Source: a virus (taxonomy: Duplodnaviria > Caudoviricetes). Taken from it: a stretch of DNA of 35,655 nt. The position numbers and the translations under genes are program-made. The stretch lies in IMG/VR virus record IMGVR_UViG_3300030620_000017, positions 1 through 35,655 of that record, one strand, 5' to 3'. Positions 16,029 to 25,499 of this stretch are shown here, in pieces; positions within the stretch are counted from its first letter, which is position 1; each line of letters starts with the position of its first letter. The notes beneath the pieces are model-generated. The model searched no databases and had not been told where the DNA came from. It saw nothing but the letters and a program-made list of their open reading frames with translations.

Positions 16029-16760
16029 TCAGCGGCCGATACCTACGGCGACCACGAACTCGAACGACGGGTCGGAGCCGCCTATGGTCACGGCAATCCG
16101 ATACCAGTCGTCGGTGACCGCGCCGGCGAGGCTCATCCACTCCGAACCGATGGCGGTAGCCTGCGTGAACGTGATCCGGGTCGTCGCCGACGTCATCCCC
16201 GAGTTGTCATCCGATTCGACGACAACGTCGAGGGTGTCACCGGCGGAGGCGGAGAGGACATGCAGCACCGCGTACAGGAACTCACCGGCGGCGGGCCCAG
16301 CGTCGAGCTGGAAAGCGGATCCGTTGAAAGTCGCCGTCCGGGCAGTGCCGCCATCCTCGAGAACCAGGCCACGGGCGACCGAACCGGTGCCCTGAGCCTG
16401 GACACCGAACGCGTACGACTCACCGACCGTGCCGCCCAGCGTCAACTGTGACGGGATCCCCCGATACAGGTACGCCCTGTCCCCAGCCGCGCCAGGGACG
16501 GCGACGGTCATCGGGAAGTCGGCGGTTCCTTGCTCGGCCCACAGGATGTCCTCGTAGGACCCGGCGCCGAGGTCGACCATCCCGGCGTGGTCGAGCATGG
16601 CACCGTTGAGCCCGGGAGCGAACGCACGCGCGCCGCCGTTACCGAACCCGGTGTCGGGGAGGACCTCAGTGGTGAACGCCGCGCGGAGCTGGTTCGATTT
16701 GCCGGAGAGGTCGTAGCCGCCACGCCACAGCTTGACGTCGTTGAGGACAGTGGTGGCCAT
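16029..16760 (-). CDS. Tail-tube-like paralog with C-terminal beta-rich domain
   Basis: Same MATTVLND start; GYDLSG..DTGFG pattern. Confidence 0.68.
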   Translation of the reverse strand: MATTVLNDVKLWRGGYDLSGKSNQLRAAFTTEVLPDTGFGNGGARAFAPGLNGAMLDHAGMVDLGAGSYEDILWAEQGTADFPMTVAVPGAAGDRAYLYRGIPSQLTLGGTVGESYAFGVQAQGTGSVARGLVLEDGGTARTATFNGSAFQLDAGPAAGEFLYAVLHVLSASAGDTLDVVVESDDNSGMTSATTRITFTQATAIGSEWMSLAGAVTDDWYRIAVTIGGSDPSFEFVVAVGIGR

Positions 16761-16930
16761 CAGTCATCCTCCGGCTTCTTCTTCGCCGAGACGGGTTTGA
16801 CGCTGCCGGCTGACCGCCAGGCATGGAGCAGACGGTCAGGCACCGGGGCGGCGTTGAATGTGTCGCCGGGGCTGACCCGACGGCCGGAGGGGAGCAGCAG
16901 GTCGGTGATGCCGGTGTTGCGGTGCTTCAT
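16760..16930 (-). CDS. Small 56-aa protein (not in track)
   Basis: MKHRNTGITDLLLPSGRRVSPGDTF...KKKPEDD; ATGA and TGATG coupling. Confidence 0.7.
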   Translation of the reverse strand: MKHRNTGITDLLLPSGRRVSPGDTFNAAPVPDRLLHAWRSAGSVKPVSAKKKPEDD

Positions 16931-17373
16931 GCGTTCTCCAGTTGGGTCTCGAACCTGAGGATGGCTTCTAGGCTGCAGACCTGGTTGCCGGGTTCAGGGT
17001 CGTAACTGAGGGCGTATCGGATGATGTTGGTGGTGAGCGCCGCCCCGTCGATGGTCGGGTCGTCGTACACCTGGGCTTCGAGCTCAGCGAACAGGGCCAG
17101 GGCCCGGGATTCGGCGGAGGCGGTGGCGGCTTCGTCACCTCCGGGTTTCCGGACTTCGATCATGACCGTCAGATCGACGGTGTCGAAGCGGCTGCCGGGG
17201 GCGGCCCGTTCCATGTCGGCGTCGACCTGATCGAACCAGATGTGCTCCGCGGCGTCACGGTCGTCGGGGGCCGGCCGGTACCGGGTGACAGTCACCCCGG
17301 TGAGCCCGGCACGGGCTTCGAGCTGGGTCTGAAGGTTGCTGCGCAGCTCACCGATCCGGGACGAGGCTGCCAT
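16927..17373 (-). CDS. Tail terminator
   Basis: Synteny; DPTIDG motif; acidic 148 aa. Confidence 0.68.
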   Translation of the reverse strand: MAASSRIGELRSNLQTQLEARAGLTGVTVTRYRPAPDDRDAAEHIWFDQVDADMERAAPGSRFDTVDLTVMIEVRKPGGDEAATASAESRALALFAELEAQVYDDPTIDGAALTTNIIRYALSYDPEPGNQVCSLEAILRFETQLENA

Positions 17374-18236
17374 CAGTGGACCCTCGGGATCGTGTGCGCG
17401 GTGAGCCAGGCGTTCACCTCAGGGATCCGGGTGATGTTCCGCATGGGGCCGCCTTCACGGACCATCTGGTAGGCGCCGCCTTCGTCCTGGAAACTGATCG
17501 CCGCGTCGGGGATCGCCGAGGGGACAAGCCGGTCACGGAGCAGCAGCAGGCCGACCCGGTTCACCCCGTCGGGGGCGTCCTGCCGGCCGTACTCGTATTC
17601 GACGGTGACGTTGAGAGGATCCGTCGCCGTCGGAGCCGACCAGGTGGAAGTGGTGTGGAGCAGGAACGGGCCGTGACCGGCGATGACGATGTCGCCTACG
17701 GTCTGCGCGGTGCCGTCGATAGACGCGGCGATCACCTGGGTGGGGAAGAAGTCCCGGAGCCGCAGCTTCGACGTGCCGGAGCCGGGCAGGTCGTAGCGGG
17801 CGTGACGACGGATCCATGAGACCCCGGTCCAGTCCTCGAGGAGGTCGGTGATCTCGTCGCGGGCCTGGAGGATCGTCGCGTTCGTGTACAGGCTGGTGCT
17901 GGCGAGTGCCCCGCCGTCGAAGGCCCGGGCGTCGGTGAGGCTGAACAGCCGGTCGCCAACCACCTCAACCGTGTCGGTGAGCACCGCGCCGGTGTCTACC
18001 CGGGTCCAGGTCACCGTCAACCGGTTCACTGTCGTCTGGATGGCCAGCGAATACGTGTAGGAGGTGGACGACTCGGACCCGGTCTTCGTCGCCGACGTCG
18101 AAGCCTGCACGACATCACCGGACGCGTCGACGATGACAACGTTCACGTCGCCGCCGTCGACCTGAGCACCGTCCTCATACCAGATCTTCGTGAGGGTGAT
18201 GGGCCCCGTGTTCTTGAGGACCGTGGTGAACGCCAC
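17373..18236 (-). CDS. Head-to-tail adaptor with N-terminal Ig-like beta domain
   Basis: C-terminal LEDWTG..NVTVEYEYG..PDGV..IPEVN adaptor pattern. Confidence 0.72.
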   Translation of the reverse strand: MAFTTVLKNTGPITLTKIWYEDGAQVDGGDVNVVIVDASGDVVQASTSATKTGSESSTSYTYSLAIQTTVNRLTVTWTRVDTGAVLTDTVEVVGDRLFSLTDARAFDGGALASTSLYTNATILQARDEITDLLEDWTGVSWIRRHARYDLPGSGTSKLRLRDFFPTQVIAASIDGTAQTVGDIVIAGHGPFLLHTTSTWSAPTATDPLNVTVEYEYGRQDAPDGVNRVGLLLLRDRLVPSAIPDAAISFQDEGGAYQMVREGGPMRNITRIPEVNAWLTAHTIPRVH

Positions 18237-19555
18237 TAGGTCAAGTTCCCTTCCTCGACGCTGACCCTCATGGCCCCGTCCACCACCCCGACGACGAGGA
18301 GCCCACCCTCGATCACCCGGGTCCCAGCGACCGTGCCGGTCCCAATCAGGACCGCGGTCTCGGTTTCCGCCGCGGTACCGACGGTGATGCTGACAGTGCC
18401 GGGTGACACGCCGACCGTCCGGGCCGTCTCCGATTCGGTGGCCGCACCGACCGAGATCGGCACCGGGCCCGGTGCTGCCGGTACCGGCTGGGCGCCTTCG
18501 GTTTCTGATACGCCGGTGACGGTGATGTTCTGGCTGCCTGCCACCGACGGGTCGACGGTCCCGGCCGTCTCGGTCTCGGTGGTGGCCGTGACGTTGACCG
18601 TCACTGCTCCGGGTGCTGTACCCACCGTGACCGGCGTCTCGGTTTCCGCCGCGGCACCAACGGTGACGCTGACCGTTCCAGGCGTCGGGGTGACGGTCCG
18701 GGCCGTCTCCGACTCTGCAACGGCGACAGGGATGATGCTGATGCTGGCGGTGAACCCGACGGTCCAGGCTGTCTCGGTCTCGGCGGCGGCGGCGACGGGA
18801 ACGTTCTGGCTGCCTGCCACCGACGGGTCAACAGTCCGAGCTATCTCCGTTTCGGATGCGGCGGTGACGGCGATCGTGACCGTTCCGGGTGCCGGGTCGA
18901 CGGGTCGGGCAGTCTCCGACTCGGATGCGGCGGTGACAGTGACTGTGGCCGTGCCGGGTGCGGCGGTGACCGTGACTGCGGCTTCCGATTCGGTGGCCTC
19001 ACCGACCGTGACCGACACCGGGCCCGGTGCCGCCGACACGGTCTGGGCGGCTTCGGTTTCTGTGGCCTTCCCGACGCTGATCGTCTGGCCTGCCGGTGCG
19101 CCAGGCGTGTAGGTGATGGTGATCGACGCCGCGGTCACCGCGACGGTCACCCCGTCTTTGCCCTTGGTCTGGTTGTAGGTCGACCAGGCGGACGCCGGGT
19201 TGAGTTCGGCGCCTTCCCACTGCGCTGTGGTGAATCCGGTGGGGATCGTCGAATCGGTGCCGGATCCGGAGGCGGATGGTGTCCCAGAGTTGAGGGTGTC
19301 GTTGGTGTCGTCGATCGAGGCGAGGACGCTGCCTGCCCCGTTGAGGGTCAGGTCGATCGCATGCGGCACCGTATGGGAGTCATCGGAGAACGACCCGGCG
19401 GTCACCTCGATGGTCATCGACATGTCGACGGAGTCGACACCGTCCGGGTCGAAGTCCGGCGGCGCGGTGCCGTTGTCCAGCTCGACGGTGCCGATCAGGT
19501 TGGCGTCCGTGGCTGAGGGTGGGGTGCCGGTGAGGCTACGAACCCAGATTGCCAT
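18236..19555 (-). CDS. Thr/Ala/Val-rich fibre-like virion protein with 11 E[TS]E repeats of about 23 aa
   Basis: Recurrent V.V..A.E[TS]E.A..V...PG. Confidence 0.75.
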   Translation of the reverse strand: MAIWVRSLTGTPPSATDANLIGTVELDNGTAPPDFDPDGVDSVDMSMTIEVTAGSFSDDSHTVPHAIDLTLNGAGSVLASIDDTNDTLNSGTPSASGSGTDSTIPTGFTTAQWEGAELNPASAWSTYNQTKGKDGVTVAVTAASITITYTPGAPAGQTISVGKATETEAAQTVSAAPGPVSVTVGEATESEAAVTVTAAPGTATVTVTAASESETARPVDPAPGTVTIAVTAASETEIARTVDPSVAGSQNVPVAAAAETETAWTVGFTASISIIPVAVAESETARTVTPTPGTVSVTVGAAAETETPVTVGTAPGAVTVNVTATTETETAGTVDPSVAGSQNITVTGVSETEGAQPVPAAPGPVPISVGAATESETARTVGVSPGTVSITVGTAAETETAVLIGTGTVAGTRVIEGGLLVVGVVDGAMRVSVEEGNLT

Positions 19556-19844
19556 CGTTCGCTCCCTGGTAGCAGCACAGCCCGACGCCCCGTCTCATCA
19601 GCTCGGGGAGTGGCCATGACCCGCAGTGAACCCCCTGGTCGGGCCATCGCTGTTCGTAGAACCGGGCCGCCGCCGACGCCTGGTAGCGGGGATCGGCCTG
19701 GACGGCTTCCCAGGAGCCGAGTTGCCGTCTCAGCCCGCAAGCGAACCGGCGGCCGGGTACCGTCCCTTCCTCGAGGTACGGGCAGACGACACCTTCGATG
19801 ACACAGCAGTGCTCACCGGTTCTGAGCCCACCGTCACAGGTCAG
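19536..19844 (-). CDS. Cys-rich 102-aa protein with probable CTG start (not in track)
   Basis: Open frame LTCDGGLRTGEHCCVIEGVVCPYLEEGTVPGRRFACGLRRQLGSWEAV...CGSWP...LCCYQG fills the gap; CTGA overlaps upstream stop. Confidence 0.68.
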   Translation of the reverse strand: MTCDGGLRTGEHCCVIEGVVCPYLEEGTVPGRRFACGLRRQLGSWEAVQADPRYQASAAARFYEQRWPDQGVHCGSWPLPELMRRGVGLCCYQGANDGNLGS

Positions 19845-20302
19845 GAACTACCCCAGAACCCGTTGGTGTCGTCGAAGTCGGCGACGATGTCCCCGCCGTT
19901 GGGTGTGACGGAGAAGTCATGGTGGGTGAGCGGAATGATGTTGGCGTCGGTGCCGGCACCGGTGTCGTCGTCGTAGCAGACCAGCAGCTTGGTCCACACC
20001 TCGGACCCGGCCTGACTGATCGCCGAGAACGTCTGATCGGCGATCACCACCTTGGCGGTGTTGGCGGAGTCGTCGACGGACGGGGTGACCCCGGAGGTCA
20101 GCGACTTGCGGGAATACCCGGTCGACGTGGCCTCCGTGTTGCCCGCGGCGCCGAGGAGCGCGGACAGGTCGTCGTAGTTGTTGAGCGTGTCATCAGCCTC
20201 GTTGGCTTCGAGGATCACGATGACGACCGCGTCGGAGGCGGCGGGAAGACCGCAGTAGTAGGCGATCTTGCCGCGGGCGATGTTTATCAGTTGGTTGGCC
20301 AT
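19841..20302 (-). CDS. Virion structural protein
   Basis: EATSTGYSRK..DQTF..TPNGGDI pattern typical of small phage fibre/structural proteins. Confidence 0.72.
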   Translation of the reverse strand: MANQLINIARGKIAYYCGLPAASDAVVIVILEANEADDTLNNYDDLSALLGAAGNTEATSTGYSRKSLTSGVTPSVDDSANTAKVVIADQTFSAISQAGSEVWTKLLVCYDDDTGAGTDANIIPLTHHDFSVTPNGGDIVADFDDTNGFWGSS

Positions 20303-20664
20303 CAGGGTCCTTTCAGACGGTCGTTACCGAACCGGTCGACGAGCCGTAGGTGGTGGAGCGCGAGATGCAGGGTCTGGCCGGCCCGGCAGACGATCTCGCC
20401 CGTCCGGTACATGAACGGGCGTCCCTCGTATACGAACAGCAGGTTGTCGACCCGTTCGGCATGGCTGGGCGTCCAGGTGATGTCACTGGGATTCCCCTGA
20501 TCGTCGAACCGGATCGGAAGCACGGCGACGATGCGTGACCCGTCGCGGAGATGGCATCGCATCTCCCCACCGAAGGCGGCCAAGAACTCGGCTTCCCGGG
20601 CAGGGCTCACCCTGATCCGCTGCGTATACGGATGCCCGTTCAGGGACGGTTGTGCGGAGACCAA
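20302..20664 (-). CDS. Hypothetical protein
   Basis: Fills gap; TGATG coupling downstream; start uncertain. Confidence 0.5.
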   Translation of the reverse strand: MVSAQPSLNGHPYTQRIRVSPAREAEFLAAFGGEMRCHLRDGSRIVAVLPIRFDDQGNPSDITWTPSHAERVDNLLFVYEGRPFMYRTGEIVCRAGQTLHLALHHLRLVDRFGNDRLKGP

Positions 20665-20668
20665 GGAC

Positions 20669-21019
20669 TTAGCTCGATCCCTTCCGCTTGCGCTTGCGAG
20701 CCGCGGGCTGGACCGCCTCCGCGGGCTGGACCGCCTCCGCGGGCTGGACCGCCTCCGCGGGCTGGACCGCCTCCGCGGGCTGGACCGCCTCCGCGGGCTG
20801 GACCGCCTCCGCGGGCTGGATGATCAGTCCGCTTGCGTCGCCCTGAGCGGAGTTCTCCTCGGTGACGTAGCCGGCGAGGCCGTGAGCCTCGACGATGTCG
20901 GCGGGCACGGCCCGGCCGACGCCGCGGTAGAGGCGACGTGCTTTGGGATCGCCGGCGGGGACGATGCCCCCGTCGGCGGTCTCATACAGCCGGCTGGTGG
21001 CGATGAGCTTTACAGCCAT
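20669..21019 (-). CDS. Small head-region protein with (QPAEAV)6 linker and basic tail
   Basis: GGAGG SD; TGATG coupling. Confidence 0.75.
   Translation of the reverse strand: MAVKLIATSRLYETADGGIVPAGDPKARRLYRGVGRAVPADIVEAHGLAGYVTEENSAQGDASGLIIQPAEAVQPAEAVQPAEAVQPAEAVQPAEAVQPAEAVQPAARKRKRKGSS
20701..20820. repeat. Perfect 18-bp tandem repeat GCGGGCTGGACCGCCTCC, about 6.5 copies
   Basis: Read directly. Confidence 0.97.
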
Positions 21020-21873
21020 CAGGCCTCCTCGTAGTGGTTGTCGGCGAACCCGAGGGACGAGTTTGTGAGGTTCTCGAACGCGGCCGCCTTGTTCGCCAGG
21101 GGCGCGACCCAGTTGTCAGCGACGAGCCCTGTCGAGACGACGTTGTTGTTGTCGAGGAACTTCCCGGGGTCGCCTTCGAATCCGGCGTCGAGGTAGTTGC
21201 TCTTGTACACGACACCGACGGGAACGGACCCGACGGCATGCACAATGGCATGCTGGCTGGCGCCCAGCCCCTCGAATCGGCATCCTTCGACCAGGGTGTA
21301 CGCCGGGGCGAAGCCACCGGTGTCGTTCTGGAAGATGATGCCCGCGGTGCCGAACCCGCCGAACAGCCCATCGAACGTGCAGCCGAGGAAGTGGTTCCCT
21401 GAGCCGCCGATCTGACGGACACCGGCTGCGATAGCTCCGTACCAGCATGAGAACCGGCAGTGCTCGAGGCTGATCCAGCCGCCGGAGAATCCGCCGGCTT
21501 CCTCACAGTCGATCAACAGCGACTCGTCGCTGAGGCTCCTGCCCGCGAAGCCGATGCCGATGATCCGGCACGGCTTGGTGATCGTAGCGACGGGCCCGTC
21601 CGTGTATGACGCGTCGGCAGCGATCGTGAACTCTTCGCCGGCAAGCATCTCGGCGGCGCCCCACTCGGCGGCGACGAGCGTGATGCCCTGCTTGTTGAAC
21701 GCGACCGTCTCAGTCACCGAATGCGTACCCGGGCCCATGACGATGATGTCGCCGTTGTCGGCGACGGATGCGTCGATGGCGGCTTGAAGGGCACCCGCGA
21801 CGGAGGGATCCACGTAGTAGACCTGAGAGGTGCGGGTGCGTGCCCCGAACAGGACACGATTGTTGACTGGCAT
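21019..21873 (-). CDS. Parallel beta-helix (pectin-lyase-like) capsid-associated protein
   Basis: YYVD..LQAAIDA..GDIIVMGPGTH..ETV; repeated CRF/CTF rungs; AAGGAG SD before ATG 21873. Confidence 0.78.
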   Translation of the reverse strand: MPVNNRVLFGARTRTSQVYYVDPSVAGALQAAIDASVADNGDIIVMGPGTHSVTETVAFNKQGITLVAAEWGAAEMLAGEEFTIAADASYTDGPVATITKPCRIIGIGFAGRSLSDESLLIDCEEAGGFSGGWISLEHCRFSCWYGAIAAGVRQIGGSGNHFLGCTFDGLFGGFGTAGIIFQNDTGGFAPAYTLVEGCRFEGLGASQHAIVHAVGSVPVGVVYKSNYLDAGFEGDPGKFLDNNNVVSTGLVADNWVAPLANKAAAFENLTNSSLGFADNHYEEA

Positions 21874-21921
21874 GGTTGTGTGTCTCCTTCCCGCGTTGAA
21901 TGGCGGGGGTATGCCGAACGG

Positions 21922-21954
21922 CTTCCCCCCAGGGGATGATCCCCTGGGGGGAAG
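21922..21954. terminator. Perfect 33-bp palindrome after capsid gene (terminator/attenuator)
   Basis: CTTCCCCCCAGGGGAT-G-ATCCCCTGGGGGGAAG. Confidence 0.75.
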
Positions 21955-21968
21955 GTTCACGTCCGGGC

Positions 21969-23192
21969 TCAGATGCCGGTGACCTCGCAGAACGCCGAGG
22001 GCCGGTAATGCACCATGGCGACCCGAAGGTCAGCACGGATGGCCTGCTTGCCATTCACGAAGTAGTCGTCGTGGCTGTTGCTGATCTGGACGTCGACTCC
22101 CCTCCTGATGTACAGGTTCGAGAAGTTGGCGTAATCACCGAGGACCGCAGTGTTCGCGGTGACCGCGGTGGTCAGCTTGAGCGGGACGCCCCACATCGTG
22201 AACGGACCTGGCATCGACGGGTGGCCCCAGATGTAGATGCCGTCCGTCGTCTTGTCGATCCTCACCGGCTGGAAATCGGTCGGGGTCATGAAGACCACGC
22301 CGGGTTCCGTGAAACCGGTGGTGCGCACCAGGTCGATGCCCTTGTAGAGGGCGTCGAGGACCGTGTCTGCGCCCTTCGCCTGCGTGTTGATGGACGACAC
22401 GTTGAGTGTCCCCTCGAGGTTCGGGGTGGCCCCGTCACCGACGAGGACCTGGGCGTCGAGGCGCTGACGGATCATGAACACGAGCCTCTGGTCGATGTAC
22501 GCGGCGACACCCTCGACGTCTTCGAGCTGCTCGTCGGTGACGGCCAGGAAGACCGGGATCTTCTCCACGGGCAACGACACCTCGGTGAGGGTCAGCGCCG
22601 CTTCGCCGTACGCTGCGCCCTCGGCCTTCTCCACAGCGTTGTTGGTGAAGAGCGTCTCCCGCATGAACTTGATCGCCGACTGACCGGTCGGGAGCGTCGG
22701 GATGAAGTCCACGACATCCGGAGCCGGACGGGTCGGGAACAGGCTCACGACGTCCGTGCGGGTCGACTCGGGCGACCAGCCTGCGGACGTCTCGAACAGC
22801 GTGTTCCGGAGGCTCGGGATCTTGATCTCGGACTTGGGTCCGGTGCCTCCCTGGAAGCCCTTGAACGCCGCGGACTCGACGAGGCGCTGGCCCAGCGACT
22901 TCGCTGAATCGGGTGTCTCTGACGGTTCGCCGTTCTCGGCTCCCGCTTCACGGGCAGCGCCGGCGTTGGTCGCGCCGACTTCGATCTCCTCGAGACGCTT
23001 CACTTCGGCGTGCAGGTCGGTGATCTCGTCGTTACGGGCGCGGATCCAGTCGACCTTGGCGTTGGAGTCACCGGGGATGACGGTGACCTGGTCCATGTCA
23101 CGCTCGGGGCCGGCCTCGTCGAAGACGCGCTTGAGTTCGTCGCGCTTCGCGTCGAGGGCCTCCCGAGCTTCCTTGAGCTTGGCGAATGCCAT
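21969..23192 (-). CDS. Major capsid protein, HK97 family
   Basis: Coiled-coil delta domain; AEGAAYGE, QVLVGDG, WGVP, GDY, RPSAF motifs. Confidence 0.95.
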   Translation of the reverse strand: MAFAKLKEAREALDAKRDELKRVFDEAGPERDMDQVTVIPGDSNAKVDWIRARNDEITDLHAEVKRLEEIEVGATNAGAAREAGAENGEPSETPDSAKSLGQRLVESAAFKGFQGGTGPKSEIKIPSLRNTLFETSAGWSPESTRTDVVSLFPTRPAPDVVDFIPTLPTGQSAIKFMRETLFTNNAVEKAEGAAYGEAALTLTEVSLPVEKIPVFLAVTDEQLEDVEGVAAYIDQRLVFMIRQRLDAQVLVGDGATPNLEGTLNVSSINTQAKGADTVLDALYKGIDLVRTTGFTEPGVVFMTPTDFQPVRIDKTTDGIYIWGHPSMPGPFTMWGVPLKLTTAVTANTAVLGDYANFSNLYIRRGVDVQISNSHDDYFVNGKQAIRADLRVAMVHYRPSAFCEVTGI

Positions 23193-23197
23193 GATGA

Positions 23198-24073
23198 TCA
23201 GTCTCCTGTGGTGCTGGCGACGAAGCGGAGGAACTCCCTCTCGGCGTCGCTGGTGGGCGGTGTGGATGCCGGGTCGGACGCGACGGCGTCTGCCAGGCGG
23301 CGGTGGGCTGCCTCCAACCGGTCGAACGTCTCAACGGAGTCGTCCGACAGGGGCGGTTTGCCCTGCTCGCGGCGGAAGGCGATGACCTCCTCGGCGCGGG
23401 CGACGAGCTGCTCGACTTCGGTGACGACCGAAGCGGCCTGCTCCTGAAATCTGGTGTCATGCGGCGAGTCGGGGCCGCGGTTCTTCTTGGACTGCTTGGC
23501 CGGTTTGACGACCTCGTCGGCGAGACCGGCGTCGACGGCTTCCTCAGCCGTGTACCAGGTCTCCGTGGCCATCAGCTCGAGCCACTCCTCGGCGGCAGTG
23601 TCGGTGTGCTCGGCGTAGATCGATGCGACGACCGTGTTCTGTTTCTCGAGGAGGTCGGCCATGCCCCGCATGTCGTCGGCGTCGCCGATGACGATGCCCC
23701 ACACGTTGTGGATCATCAGCTGACCGGCGGAGAGAATCACACGACGGTCACCGGCCTGGACGATCAGCGACGCCGCGGAGGCGGCAAGCGAATCGACCCG
23801 GGTGGTGACCCGGGCGGGATGCGCCCGCAACGCGTTGTAGATGGCGATACCGGCCCACACGTCACCGCCGGGCGAGGAGATCTGGACTTCGATCTCGTCA
23901 GCGGTGACCTCGTCGAGTTCCCGGGCGAAGTCCTCTTCGGTGATGCCCCAGAACCCGATCTCTTCGTAGATGCGGATCTGCGCCGGGCCGCCGTCGCCGG
24001 CCTTGTTGGTGATCGCATACCAGCTGCCCGCAGCGCGGGGCAGACGGTCAAGGATCTTCTTACGGTCGATCAT
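23198..24073 (-). CDS. ClpP-like prohead protease
   Basis: ISSPGGDV, LAASAAS, LMIHN, ETWYTAEEAV..GLAD. Confidence 0.93.
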   Translation of the reverse strand: MIDRKKILDRLPRAAGSWYAITNKAGDGGPAQIRIYEEIGFWGITEEDFARELDEVTADEIEVQISSPGGDVWAGIAIYNALRAHPARVTTRVDSLAASAASLIVQAGDRRVILSAGQLMIHNVWGIVIGDADDMRGMADLLEKQNTVVASIYAEHTDTAAEEWLELMATETWYTAEEAVDAGLADEVVKPAKQSKKNRGPDSPHDTRFQEQAASVVTEVEQLVARAEEVIAFRREQGKPPLSDDSVETFDRLEAAHRRLADAVASDPASTPPTSDAEREFLRFVASTTGD

Positions 24074-25332
24074 TCGGAAGCTCCTGGTGCTTGGAGTTGG
24101 ACTGAGAACAGGCCGGTGTGCTCGAGACGCCGGAAATCACCTGACGTCACCGCGGCGATCGCCGACTCGGGGGTGAACCCCGCTTCGACGAGCCGGCTGA
24201 TGGTCGAAGCGTGGATCTGATCGATATCCGCTTCCTCCTTGGCGTCCTGGCGGAGGAACGGGATGTCACGGTCGTCGTACCAGAGCCGCGTCGACGCCGG
24301 GACGGTGAGGATCGACTGCGCCGAAGCCGAAGCGATCCGCCACAACGGCCTGAGGGTCCCGTCGGCGAACCGGCGGCGCGCCGCAGCGAAGTTCCCGGCG
24401 TTGAGACTGGAACCCATCATCCCTTCGGAGAGACCGACGATGACGGGATGGACACCGGCGGCGGCGGCGATGCGGGTCTCCCCGGCACCCTGCGTCGCCT
24501 TGAAATCGAGTTGCCGCAGGTTGGCGCCGACAACGGTCGGGTCGGCACCGCCGCCGACATGCAGCGTCTTGTAGGCGTTGGCGGCACCCTCGTACTGCTC
24601 CCGGAACAGCGCAATGTGTTCCTCGACCAGCTTCCGGTCCACCGCCGCGTCGTACTTGAGGATCAGCCCCGGCACGGCGCCGTTCTCGAAGAACCGCAGC
24701 TTGTGCCGTGTCGCCGCGGTGTCGGCTTTGATCTCCCGGAGCACCGGGGTGAGCCACGACATGCCCCGCCACTGCGCATCCGGATCGGGGATCGGCGAGT
24801 AGTGGATCACCTGCTCAGGAGTGAGGATCTCCGGTTCCCCGCGGGGCGGCCGGTACACGTAGCCGATCGGTTCGGCGTCGATGGCGTACGGGTTGTCGGA
24901 CTTCGAGCCGCTGATGATCGTGACCCAATCCGGCCGGAGGTTCCGGATCCGGGTCCGGCCGTCCACTTCGATCAGCGCCCCGTAGTAGTTCCCGGCCAGC
25001 GACGCCGCCTGTTCCATGTGGGCGAGGAGCTCACCGGTCGTGCCGTTCGTCCACGGCTTCTCGAGGACCGCAAGCTCCGGATTGCCGAACAGCTCGCCGG
25101 GACGGCCGTCACGCATCTGCTGCCAGATGAACCGGGCTTCGGAGAAGACAAGGAGCCGGGCGAGGATGCAGGCGAACACGACACCGTTGGACTTGTAGGC
25201 GTCGCGGATGTAACCCTCGTAGTCGTTGCCGATCGTCTCCTTCTCACCGAGACGGCCGACGAACATCGCCGACGGCTGCGACCAGAACGGAGGCTCCGAG
25301 AAGGCGTTGAGGAGCCGGGTGAGGACCCTCAT
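24070..25332 (-). CDS. Portal protein, HK97 family
   Basis: VFACI, GNYY, LRPDWV, GMSWL, FFENGAVP. Confidence 0.94.
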   Translation of the reverse strand: MRVLTRLLNAFSEPPFWSQPSAMFVGRLGEKETIGNDYEGYIRDAYKSNGVVFACILARLLVFSEARFIWQQMRDGRPGELFGNPELAVLEKPWTNGTTGELLAHMEQAASLAGNYYGALIEVDGRTRIRNLRPDWVTIISGSKSDNPYAIDAEPIGYVYRPPRGEPEILTPEQVIHYSPIPDPDAQWRGMSWLTPVLREIKADTAATRHKLRFFENGAVPGLILKYDAAVDRKLVEEHIALFREQYEGAANAYKTLHVGGGADPTVVGANLRQLDFKATQGAGETRIAAAAGVHPVIVGLSEGMMGSSLNAGNFAAARRRFADGTLRPLWRIASASAQSILTVPASTRLWYDDRDIPFLRQDAKEEADIDQIHASTISRLVEAGFTPESAIAAVTSGDFRRLEHTGLFSVQLQAPGASE

Positions 25333-25484
25333 CGGGTACTACCGGCCAGGACAAGCCATGACCAGCCGGAGAGCAGGACACCGCCGATGATCCATGCCGC
25401 AGGCGGGTAGATGGCGTGGACACCGATGGTGACCGCGGCGGCTGAGATGGCGGTGAGCACGGCAAGGAGAATCTCTCGGACCAT
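25329..25484 (-). CDS. Small 2-TM membrane protein between terL and portal (not in track)
   Basis: MVREILLAVLTAISAAAVTIGVHAIYPPAAWIIGGVLL...; ATGA overlap with portal. Confidence 0.75.
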   Translation of the reverse strand: MVREILLAVLTAISAAAVTIGVHAIYPPAAWIIGGVLLSGWSWLVLAGSTR

Positions 25485-25499
25485 GGGGCGCTGCTCTCC

